Shown here: positions 37,044-45,256 of the stretch, one piece after another
How positions within the stretch are numbered: position 1 is the first letter of the stretch
How the letters are laid out: each line of letters begins with the position of its first letter
From: Chloroflexota bacterium
Lineage (GTDB): Bacteria; Chloroflexota; Dehalococcoidia; Lucifugimonadales; Lucifugimonadaceae
Direction: 5' to 3'
NCBI GenBank assembly: GCA_002721675.1
Contig: PBLC01000008.1
Location: 9,411 to 73,410 of the forward strand
DNA: 64,000 bases
Translations under genes and position numbers: made by a program
Notes under the pieces: model-generated
Told to the model about the DNA's origin: nothing
Databases searched by the model: none
Seen by the model: the letters and a program-made list of their open reading frames with translations, nothing else

Positions 37044-37929
37044 TATTTTTTTGAGCCACAATTGCAGCCCAATCTCCAGATTTAACACGTTCAATAATTT
37101 TAAAATTAAACGAGCTAAATATTGACTCTATTTCTTCTAAATTTTCAACTAGAATCCCAGAAGCTATAATCTTTTTTTTAGGCAAAACAATATTGCTGAT
37201 ATTAACTAAACCTTCTCTAAATAAGAACGAATTTAAATTAGCGATTACTAGATCTGGAGAAAAATTAATATCTAAATTCTTTATCAAATCTTGCTTTTCT
37301 ATTTCAATTCCTTTGCTTAATTCAGAGTCTTTAGCATTTTTCTTTGAGGCTAATACTGACTCTTCTTCAACGTCTATACTGAAACAATGGTAAGCTCCGA
37401 TTTTCAGTGCTACTAACCCAAGTATTCCAGACCCACATCCTAAATCAACTACTTTATTGTCTTTAATTACATGTTTTTTCAACAAGGAGATACACATTTT
37501 CGTAGTTGGATGATGCCCTGTTCCAAATGCCATAGAGGGTTCAATAATTACCCATTGATAATCTCTGAATTTATTTATTTGGTCCTTAAATGGAAGTATT
37601 ACAATGTCATCTATAATTATTGGATCAAATTTTTGTTTTTCCCAAATTTCCGAACTAATTTCAGTAATATTAATATTAGATAAATTAAAAACTCCACTAA
37701 ACAAGGAAAGTCCAGAATTTAAATTATTCTCTAGTTCTTTAGAATTCTTTTCTTTAGGGACATACCCTGAAACTATACTTTCTTTATTAATACCTTCTTC
37801 TGGGTCTCCTTCTTTTTCAACAACCACACTTCCATGCAAAAACCTTGAAAACATTTGCACGACGGGCTCTACAAACTCTTCAGATACTACAACGCTATAT
37901 TTAATCCAGTTATTTTTATTTGAACTCAA
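37036..37929 (-). CDS. prmA: Ribosomal protein L11 methyltransferase
   Basis: FGTGHHPTTKMC and VVDLGCGSGILG motifs, in the gene order dnaJ-prmA-rsmE. Confidence 0.8.
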   Translation of the reverse strand: MSSNKNNWIKYSVVVSEEFVEPVVQMFSRFLHGSVVVEKEGDPEEGINKESIVSGYVPKEKNSKELENNLNSGLSLFSGVFNLSNINITEISSEIWEKQKFDPIIIDDIVILPFKDQINKFRDYQWVIIEPSMAFGTGHHPTTKMCISLLKKHVIKDNKVVDLGCGSGILGLVALKIGAYHCFSIDVEEESVLASKKNAKDSELSKGIEIEKQDLIKNLDINFSPDLVIANLNSFLFREGLVNISNIVLPKKKIIASGILVENLEEIESIFSSFNFKIIERVKSGDWAAIVAQKNNE

Positions 37930-37942
37930 TTAAAACCTTAAA

Positions 37943-39049
37943 TTAATTTCCGCTTATAAATTTTCTGAATATTCCTTTTGATTTTTTCTTATCACTGTTT
38001 TCAGATAAATTTTTAAATTCTATAATCTTGTCTTTTTCTTCACTTGAGAGATCCTTAGGAATTGCCACTTTTATGACATTAATTTGGTTTCCTCTTGAAG
38101 ATCCTCCTATATCCGTAAAGCCTTTACCTTTAATTTGTATTATATCTCCATTCTGTGTTCCAGAAGGTATAGATACTTTCTGAAAACCATCTAAAGTAGG
38201 AACCTCTAAGTTATCACCTAGGATAGCTTGCGTTACATCTAATTCTAGTGTCAATAATACATCCTTTCCTCTTCTAGAAAAATATTCGTGATCTGGCACA
38301 TTTACTTTAATAAATATGTCTCCTTTCGCGGACCCAATGCCACCAAACTCTCCTTCTCCAGACAACTTTATAGTGTCTCCAGGAGATACTCCTCTAGGAA
38401 TTTGGACAGAAATATCTTTCTTTTCTAGTTCTGCACCTTTTCCAGAACAAATTGAACATTTTTCCTTAACTGTTTTTCCCATCCCTGAACAATCTGAACA
38501 TATACCAGATTGAGCAAACTGCCCAAAAATTGTTTTTTGAACCCTTTTAACTTGACCAGAACCCCTACAGGTATTACACGTAATTATATTTGATTGATCT
38601 TTAGCCCCAGAACCTGAACAACTCTTGCACTCTCCAATACGTTCCACATGTATATTTTTCTCTACTCCAAATGCAGACTCTTGAAATGTTATAGACACCT
38701 CTTTATGTAAATCTCTTCCTTTTCTTCTTGAAGAAGATTTAGATGATTGACTGCCTCCGAAAAAAGCGTCAAAAATATCACCAAATCCTCCAAAATTACT
38801 AAAATCAAAATCTTGGAAATTTGCTTTAACTCCATCATGTCCAAATTGATCATAAGATTGCCTTTTCTCAGGATCACTAAGAACTTGATAAGCTTCATTG
38901 ATTTCTTTAAATCTAGCCTCAGCACCCTTATCTTTATTTCTATCCGGGTGAAATTCTAACGCCAACTTTCTAAAAGCCTTCTTTATTTCTTCTGGTGTTG
39001 CATTTTTCCCAACACCCAATATGTCATAATAATCTCTTTTGGAACTCAT
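37943..39049 (-). CDS. dnaJ: Molecular chaperone DnaJ
   Basis: J domain with HPD (EFHPDRN), a G/F region, and four CxxCxGxG zinc motifs. Confidence 0.92.
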   Translation of the reverse strand: MSSKRDYYDILGVGKNATPEEIKKAFRKLALEFHPDRNKDKGAEARFKEINEAYQVLSDPEKRQSYDQFGHDGVKANFQDFDFSNFGGFGDIFDAFFGGSQSSKSSSRRKGRDLHKEVSITFQESAFGVEKNIHVERIGECKSCSGSGAKDQSNIITCNTCRGSGQVKRVQKTIFGQFAQSGICSDCSGMGKTVKEKCSICSGKGAELEKKDISVQIPRGVSPGDTIKLSGEGEFGGIGSAKGDIFIKVNVPDHEYFSRRGKDVLLTLELDVTQAILGDNLEVPTLDGFQKVSIPSGTQNGDIIQIKGKGFTDIGGSSRGNQINVIKVAIPKDLSSEEKDKIIEFKNLSENSDKKKSKGIFRKFISGN

Positions 39050-39150
39050 TATTTTTAGGAATTATTCATATTAGATTAACTAGTATAGATTAAGTATTAT
39101 TATAAAGTACAAAAGTAAAAAAAATAACTTAATTACATATAAGGAGATAA

Positions 39151-39783
39151 ATGAGAATATCTTGGATTTCAGATTCGGGCTTGAGAATAGAAACCTCCCA
39201 AGGTTTAATCCTTTATAATCATACCTCAGACTCACTATCTAAAGATTCCCAAAAGGATGAAAACACTATAGCTATATTCCGTAATGAAGAAAGTAAAAAT
39301 GTTTCTAAAAATAAAATATCTGACTCAACAGATATAATTTTTGAGCCTGGTGAATATGAAATTAATGGAATACCTATACAAGGTCAAGCTGTAAAACTAA
39401 ATACTGAGAATCTTGATGAAAGTACTACAATTTATTCTGCGATTAGTGAAAATTTATGTATTTGCTTTGTGCAAGATATTAATAAAATTACAATTCCGGC
39501 TTCTGTTTCAGAGGCTATAGGAAAGGTAGATATTCTAGCGTTGATTTGTAATCCGACTTCTGAAAACACAACAGAATCAATTAATTCATTAGTAAGTTCA
39601 CTCGATCCTCAGGTATTAATACCAATAGAAAATAATTCCAAAGGTGAAAATTCAGAAATATACCAAAAATTGATTAAAGAACTAGGTCATCAGGCCGAAG
39701 AAGCAATAGCTAAGGTAAACATAACAAAATCAGGGCTCCAAGAGACTCTAAAGGTATTGAACCTTAGAAAAACGTCTTTATAG
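39151..39783 (+). CDS. Hypothetical protein, possibly a degenerate MBL-fold (UPF0173-like) protein
   Basis: There is an AAGGAG SD 7 nt upstream. The N-terminus MRISWISDSGLRIETSQGLILYNH resembles small metal-dependent hydrolases, but no HxHxDH motif is present. Confidence 0.35.
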   Translation: MRISWISDSGLRIETSQGLILYNHTSDSLSKDSQKDENTIAIFRNEESKNVSKNKISDSTDIIFEPGEYEINGIPIQGQAVKLNTENLDESTTIYSAISENLCICFVQDINKITIPASVSEAIGKVDILALICNPTSENTTESINSLVSSLDPQVLIPIENNSKGENSEIYQKLIKELGHQAEEAIAKVNITKSGLQETLKVLNLRKTSL

Positions 39784-40875
39784 CCTTATACGGGCTAATA
39801 TAGGCTTTCTGAACCTACTTGATAGAGATATTAACAGCCCTAGAACAAATATAGAGAATAGAGATATAGATGATGCTCCTCCGCCTCCAGAACATCCTCC
39901 GCCTTCAGCAACAGGTGGAGCAGGTGCATCTTCAACTTTATTTGCAGATAACGACTCAACCTCAGAAGGTGTTGGCGTAGCAACAACTATAATAGTTTCT
40001 GGCTTAGGAGTAGGTAAAGGTTCAGGTGTAGGCGGAACAGGTGTTGGAACTGTAGTTTCTTTTATTTCAAAATCAGGAAAAAGGAAATTTGCATCACTTA
40101 CAAATTGATTTGGCTGAAATGGAACTGTAGTAATACTGTCATTTCCTTGTATAACAAGCCTCATAGGTTGATCAACATAGTTTATAGTAATAGGGTTTAT
40201 TGAAATAGAATATTTACCGTCCTTTGTTTCGACAGTATCAGAAATATAATCTTGGATCTGCGCATAAACCTTTACTCCATCTGGAACAACATCAGAACCT
40301 ATTACGATTTGGCCAGAATATAAACTTGGATTAATAGTAGGCATAGGGGTTGGAGTTGGCGGAACAGGTGTTGGAGTAGGCCTAGGTATAGTATTCACTA
40401 CTAAATTAAACGTCACATTCATACAGTTGCTTAACCTGCATCCATCAGCAGCAGTAGGTAAAAATGCTAAAGATTCAGTGGCCTTAATTCCACCTACATA
40501 AATATCAAAGATAACTTTTCCAGGAACACCTGGACCAATATCTATATGATATTTACCAGGAATATCAGCGCCAAATACAGTTGAAAACTTAAAATGCCCT
40601 TCTTCTAAAGCAGCATTCTTACCATCTATATTCAAAGATTGTGCCTGACTAATAAATTCTACTTCTAAATTACTAATGCCAGTATCAATATTTTCTAGTT
40701 TCTGACCTATTACAGTAACGCTACCTTGATAATGCACAAACTCAGGCAAGAAATTAAAATCCATACTTGGAGGTGTCGTATGATTATCTGCGCTAATGTT
40801 AATAGCAAATATACTAAAGATAACTATTGAAATTAATGTAGAGAGGTATCTAAATTTATATGTTTTTATATTCAT
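39778..40875 (-). CDS. Secreted two-module Pro/Thr-linker protein with C-terminal CSGG + TM + basic tail (candidate envelope stalk/anchor)
   Basis: Signal peptide ...FAINISA, linkers PRPTPTPVPPTPTPMPT and VPTPVPPTPEPLPTPKP, and C-terminus GGGCSGGGGASSISLFSIFVLGLLISLSSRFRKPILARIRL. The ATG at 40875 is preferred to the TTG at 40884. Confidence 0.6.
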   Translation of the reverse strand: MNIKTYKFRYLSTLISIVIFSIFAINISADNHTTPPSMDFNFLPEFVHYQGSVTVIGQKLENIDTGISNLEVEFISQAQSLNIDGKNAALEEGHFKFSTVFGADIPGKYHIDIGPGVPGKVIFDIYVGGIKATESLAFLPTAADGCRLSNCMNVTFNLVVNTIPRPTPTPVPPTPTPMPTINPSLYSGQIVIGSDVVPDGVKVYAQIQDYISDTVETKDGKYSISINPITINYVDQPMRLVIQGNDSITTVPFQPNQFVSDANFLFPDFEIKETTVPTPVPPTPEPLPTPKPETIIVVATPTPSEVESLSANKVEDAPAPPVAEGGGCSGGGGASSISLFSIFVLGLLISLSSRFRKPILARIRL

Positions 40876-40883
40876 TAGTATCA

Positions 40884-40914
40884 ATTATAGCAAATGAATA
40901 AATTATCCCGTCAA
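40884..40914 (-). promoter_or_regulatory. Candidate promoter with extended -10, giving a leaderless transcript of the 39778-40875 gene
   Basis: Minus strand reads TTGACG-19 nt (ending TGC)-TATAAT-8 nt-ATG. There is no SD. Confidence 0.4.
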
Positions 40915-40921
40915 ATTTATA

Positions 40922-40953
40922 CAAAAAAGAAAGAGCCCTCACAAGAGGGCTCT
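40922..40953 (-). terminator. Rho-independent terminator of the 1277-aa gene
   Basis: Minus-strand RNA AGAGCCCUC-UUGU-GAGGGCUCU followed by UUCUUUUUUG, about 30 nt after the stop. Confidence 0.8.
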
Positions 40954-40983
40954 TTCTATAAAGTCTATCTAATTAATAGATCC

Positions 40984-43900
40984 TTACGGAGAAGGTGGTA
41001 CGATCGGTAAGATCGATCCATCTGTCCTAGGAACTACATAGATCCACAATCCTTGACCAGTGGTTACGTTAGTACCAGAGGCCACTTCTGTGAACTTAAG
41101 GTTAGTAGTATCGTAACTGTACACGATATCGTGTCCACCTGCGCTACCATCAGTTAAGTCACCGAAGTATAAGGTTTGAGTTGTAATCGCTGTACCATCG
41201 CTACCTTCAGTATTAGCTCTAGATACATCTGAAACTCCTACGAAGTTCCAGCCAGCCACTGTAGGGATAGTTACCACTGCTGGAGGGGAACCTGCAGATG
41301 GTTCAACCGGACCTACCAATGCAACTGATTGGCTTTCGAAGTTGTTGTTGTGTACCCAATAACCATGACCTGAATGTATCGCAGCCAATGATCCAACGAA
41401 TTTACCAGAACCTGAGTCCTTAGTAGCACTTGACCATGTGTGATCAGAGTACGAAAGAACCATATCTACACCAGTGTTCGAGAACACTGAGTCGATAGCA
41501 GGATCCACTGGATCCGACGGTACTGATTTAGCGTTCCAACCAGCGAGTAGACTCATCTTGAAGTCTTTTCTAGCTGCAACACTGAATGATTTACTTGCTT
41601 CACTACTTGCGTTTCCAGCAAAGTCAGTGGCTTTTGCAACAATCTTGTGCGTGCCAGCTGTTAATGCTGTAGACGGTACGTAGTAGAATTTCTTGTTATC
41701 TGTAGTAGATAACGAAGCGCTAATGTCTACTCCATCCAAAGTAGCTGTATTAATAGTTACCTTGTTATCTTCACCAGTGCTGTAGTCAAGTACAATGTAC
41801 GGCTTAGTTTGCGTAGTTGTAGATGCTTCAGCTGGAGTAATTGACAATGCAGGAGCAGTATCGTCTAAGTTGAATACTAAGTAACTCGCAGTAGACGAAA
41901 TTGATCCGTGAATTGTTATGTTAGCTGCTGTTGCCTTATCTTTAGCAGTTACTACAACAGTCTTATCACCGTCTGTTCCTGGCGTACCAGATGCAGAAGT
42001 AATAGTGTACTTGAATGTCTTAGTGCCTTGAGCAGTCATAGAAGCATCCAAGATTACACCTGCAGAAGTTGCATCAACTGTAGAAGTTGAAGCAGGAGTA
42101 TGAGCATCACCATTTCCGTCAACAGTGAATGAATCCACTGGAGGATCTGCTGATTTGTTCAAAGTCCTAATGTTGTAGTCATCGATTTCAAGCATCGAAG
42201 ATCCAAATCCACAAGTACTTACAGCGCCACAAGCACCAGCATAACCAGTTGTGGTTGCACCAGAGTTGTCTGCACCAGCCTTGGCCATACCAAGGTCATA
42301 GACGTCCACCTTAGGGTTAGACACTAGTTCCTCATCTGTCGTAACTGTAAGAACCATAGTGGTCTTAGTTAAGTCAGCTGTAGTTTCTAATGCACCTGTA
42401 CCTGTACCTGAACCACCACTCAATGTAGCAGTAACAGTAGGGTGAATCTTGTCAGTTGCGTTTGCTAGAGAACCTGTAGACGTAGAGTTTCCTGCTATGT
42501 CTGATACAGATCCAACAAGCGCCACTTTAGGAGTGTTGTCAGCTGACATTGAAGCACCTAGTGTTAAGAACACTTGAGTAGGCAAAGCTGTTTGTATAAC
42601 AGCTTCAGTAGGTGTATGTGTAGTTCCGTCATCAAATGTGATTTGGAAGTCAGTAGCATCGATGTCTGTGATATTACCATCAAACTCTACAACTAGAGCG
42701 TTAGCTTTTGTTGAAGTGTGTTTGTGAGTCTTATTAGCAGAATCGATACTAGTATCCCACCACCAGCCAGTGTATGCAGCTGAAAGTGATGGAAGTTTTT
42801 GGTCAATCTTAATGTGGTGTGCACCATATTTCTCTAACACACCAGCGTTAGCAGAAGATGATGAGTCTGAGTAACCTACGTTACCAGCCAAGTCAGTAGC
42901 TACCGCCTGGAAGTCAATCCAGTGGTTCACAGGAGTATTAGCTCCTAGTGGAAGCGCTGTGCTTGGAGTGTAAGTGTAAGTCAAACTTGATACACCATCA
43001 CTTGAAGTACCTCTGTTAACAGTAACAGAAGATGCAGTTCTTGAAGTAGTGTCATCACCAGTAGACGAACTAAGGGTAATGTCACCGCCAGTAAGAGTGA
43101 AGATTGCAGCTGTTAGCCAATCACCACCAGCACCTTCGTCATTACCAGTAGCATCATGTAATGCACTAGTAACCATAACGTCGATACCGTTAGTAGCACC
43201 AACCGATCCATCCTCACCAGTACCATTATCAGTCTCTGAACCTTCCTGAACAATTAGTAGAGCTCCACTTACATCTAGTCCACTGGCAGCTTCAGTAGCT
43301 GTCACGCTAAATGCAGGAGTCCTTGTCTGATTCTCAGAACTGTGTGCAGGAGAGTTAATAGCAACTGATGGTACAGTCGCGTCAATTTTCGCTGTTACTT
43401 GTCTCTTTTGAGAAGTGTTAGAGTCGGCGTCAACTGCGTCTACGTATTCAGCGTAAACAGTTCCACCGTCTTTAACTGCCAAAGTAGAAGTTACTGAGTG
43501 AGCTGCTCGACCAGCACCAGTAGCACATTCTGCCGCACAAGGCGTTAGAGCATTTGTGTTACCGTAGCTGCCCATATATACAGTATCAGCATCATTAGTA
43601 GTAGCGTTGTTAGCAGCCATACCTAGAGGCATAGCAGTGTTTTCGTTATCAAACACGTTAACTAGACCATTGAATACACCAGTGTTTCTACCAGTCTCTG
43701 TCAATAGAATGCTTATAGCGTTTGAAGACGAAACAACACCACTCCATACTTTAGCGGTAGTTGTGTTAATTCTTGAAGTCTTCCACTGTACTAGTCCAGC
43801 AACGACAGCAGTGTTATCAGATTCACCTGTTAAGCTCTCGTCAGCATCGTTACCATTTCCTGGTTGCCAGTTCATCGCCTCAGCTTCCGCTAAGTCACCA

Positions 43901-44817
43901 GTACCAGTTTGTACAGTAATAATTGCAGGAACTCCATTAGCAGGATCACCAGAGTTTCCAACTGAAAGTGCAATTAATGAACTTGTAGTTGAAGAACATT
44001 TTGGTGACTTGTTGAAGTTACCCATGTTAGCGTCTGGAGCTAGAGCCTTGTCTGACAATGTCATGTCAGCTTTGTGACCGTCTCTACCTAGAGCAACTGT
44101 ACCAGCTGTTGCATCAGTAATAACGTTAGCTGATGTAGCACCAGTTGGACCATTTGCTATTGTAGTTCCGTCTAGAAGAGAGTCTGCAGTTGCTCTGGCA
44201 GTCGGTGAGTATGTTCCATCATAGAATGGAGTTGGTATACCATCGTTGTCAGTTGCAGCTCCTTCAGAATAACCTGATCCTAACCACCTACATGCAAATG
44301 TAAGGTCGGAACCAGTTATAACTCCGTCGCTGTTTGTGTCAATAATTGGGATAGCGTACTCATTTATAGCATCATTAGCTTCCTGATAATTGGTAATTAA
44401 TGTACTAGATGAAGAGTGTCCACCCTTTAGGATGACGATCGTACTCTTAACAACAGCGCTGTTAAGGTCAGAATCGACAACCTCGATTACAAGTTGGTTA
44501 GACCCAGTCATGACGTGCCTACCAGTAGAAGTGTAAGTAGCATAAAGGCTCTTACCCGCTCCTACATAAGTAGGTGTAGTTCCACCATAAGTTGAGGCCA
44601 ACTTGCTTGGGCTCGAAGCAGTTGACAGTTTAGACCAATTGTTTACCAAGTTGATCTTTCCTGTTGCTGCCGCTTGAGCCGTATCGGTTTGTTGATTGAA
44701 TCCTATGATAGACGCAACTACCAACATCATGGCAGCTAATCCACCCAGGACTCTTGCAGAGATGATATTTTTCACTCTGTTTTCCCCCTTTACCTTTTTC
44801 CGGATTACTCTGGACAT
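40984..44817 (-). CDS. Giant secreted Thr/Ser/Ala/Gly-rich surface protein with Ig-like repeats (S-layer-like), no recognisable anchor
   Basis: Signal peptide ...TDTAQA|AA. Three [AV][ST]D[ILF]AGN motifs (ATDLAGN, VSDIAGN, ATDFAGN) of the kind that end bacterial Ig-like domains. Many N-x-S/T sites. AAGGAG SD 12 nt upstream. GC is visibly far above its neighbours. Confidence 0.7.
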   Translation of the reverse strand: MSRVIRKKVKGENRVKNIISARVLGGLAAMMLVVASIIGFNQQTDTAQAAATGKINLVNNWSKLSTASSPSKLASTYGGTTPTYVGAGKSLYATYTSTGRHVMTGSNQLVIEVVDSDLNSAVVKSTIVILKGGHSSSSTLITNYQEANDAINEYAIPIIDTNSDGVITGSDLTFACRWLGSGYSEGAATDNDGIPTPFYDGTYSPTARATADSLLDGTTIANGPTGATSANVITDATAGTVALGRDGHKADMTLSDKALAPDANMGNFNKSPKCSSTTSSLIALSVGNSGDPANGVPAIITVQTGTGDLAEAEAMNWQPGNGNDADESLTGESDNTAVVAGLVQWKTSRINTTTAKVWSGVVSSSNAISILLTETGRNTGVFNGLVNVFDNENTAMPLGMAANNATTNDADTVYMGSYGNTNALTPCAAECATGAGRAAHSVTSTLAVKDGGTVYAEYVDAVDADSNTSQKRQVTAKIDATVPSVAINSPAHSSENQTRTPAFSVTATEAASGLDVSGALLIVQEGSETDNGTGEDGSVGATNGIDVMVTSALHDATGNDEGAGGDWLTAAIFTLTGGDITLSSSTGDDTTSRTASSVTVNRGTSSDGVSSLTYTYTPSTALPLGANTPVNHWIDFQAVATDLAGNVGYSDSSSSANAGVLEKYGAHHIKIDQKLPSLSAAYTGWWWDTSIDSANKTHKHTSTKANALVVEFDGNITDIDATDFQITFDDGTTHTPTEAVIQTALPTQVFLTLGASMSADNTPKVALVGSVSDIAGNSTSTGSLANATDKIHPTVTATLSGGSGTGTGALETTADLTKTTMVLTVTTDEELVSNPKVDVYDLGMAKAGADNSGATTTGYAGACGAVSTCGFGSSMLEIDDYNIRTLNKSADPPVDSFTVDGNGDAHTPASTSTVDATSAGVILDASMTAQGTKTFKYTITSASGTPGTDGDKTVVVTAKDKATAANITIHGSISSTASYLVFNLDDTAPALSITPAEASTTTQTKPYIVLDYSTGEDNKVTINTATLDGVDISASLSTTDNKKFYYVPSTALTAGTHKIVAKATDFAGNASSEASKSFSVAARKDFKMSLLAGWNAKSVPSDPVDPAIDSVFSNTGVDMVLSYSDHTWSSATKDSGSGKFVGSLAAIHSGHGYWVHNNNFESQSVALVGPVEPSAGSPPAVVTIPTVAGWNFVGVSDVSRANTEGSDGTAITTQTLYFGDLTDGSAGGHDIVYSYDTTNLKFTEVASGTNVTTGQGLWIYVVPRTDGSILPIVPPSP

Positions 44818-45130
44818 AAAGTCTAAAGTCTCCTTTTTAATCCCTACGTGCCAGTTAAAAATCCGGACACGATACGGTTTTGTTTATAAAGCTTATTTAA
44901 TTTTTGCGACTATTTCAGTTAGTTTTACTTAAAGAGGCTTCTGATTAATCCTAGTCGCAACTAGAAAAACCAGACAAATCGCCTGCTTATCGTTCAGATA
45001 ATTTCATAACATACAGTGTATGTCAAGTAATCCTCACTAACATTTTAAATTATTTTTTGATTATGATTATCGAAGTAGTTCCAAAGCTAGCTATTCTTTG
45101 AGATGCTTCTTTAATCAAAATTAGGTTAAG

Positions 45131-45158
45131 AATATAAGTTATCCAGACTAATTGTCAA
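45131..45158 (-). promoter_or_regulatory. Candidate promoter for the giant surface-protein gene (long 5' UTR)
   Basis: Minus strand reads TTGACA-16 nt-TATATT, about 310 nt upstream of the ATG. A weaker second match, TTGACA-17-AATTAT, lies at 45026-44998. Confidence 0.3.
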
Positions 45159-45256
45159 CGATAAAACTTAAAAAAATTTGAAAAAAACAACAAAAAACGG
45201 TTTTTTTTGTGATTTTTGTTAATTTTTTTACAAATTAAGGGCTTTTGAAGAGAAAT

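Noticed and set aside
39050-39150. CIRCE (HrcA) operator upstream of dnaJ
   Set aside because: No TTAGCACTC-N9-GAGTGCTAA-like inverted repeat is present. dnaJ here is also uncoupled from grpE and dnaK.
43607-44077. Long ORFs opposite well-supported genes (for example 43607-44077, 10659-11144, 32668-33168, 52957-53529, 57897-58412, 2544-2834, 21794-22192)
   Set aside because: Each lies entirely antisense to a gene with diagnostic motifs (the giant surface protein, rfbF and the nucleotidyltransferase, argF, hisS, rpoA, the MFP, dppC). They have low-complexity or Ser/Leu/Pro/Ile-rich translations and no start context. They are expected by chance in compositionally biased DNA.
40984-44817. Horizontal acquisition of the giant gene inferred from its high GC
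   Set aside because: amt (15633-16871) shows a similar GC rise. Both proteins are rich in Gly/Ala/Thr/Val, whose codons are GC-rich, and strong expression can bias codons. No mobility genes or flanking repeats are present. Composition alone does not support HGT.
45178-45215. A/T-run palindrome (aaaaaacggtttttttt) as the rho terminator
   Set aside because: The stem would be almost entirely A-U with a 2-nt GC core, so it is not a credible intrinsic terminator.
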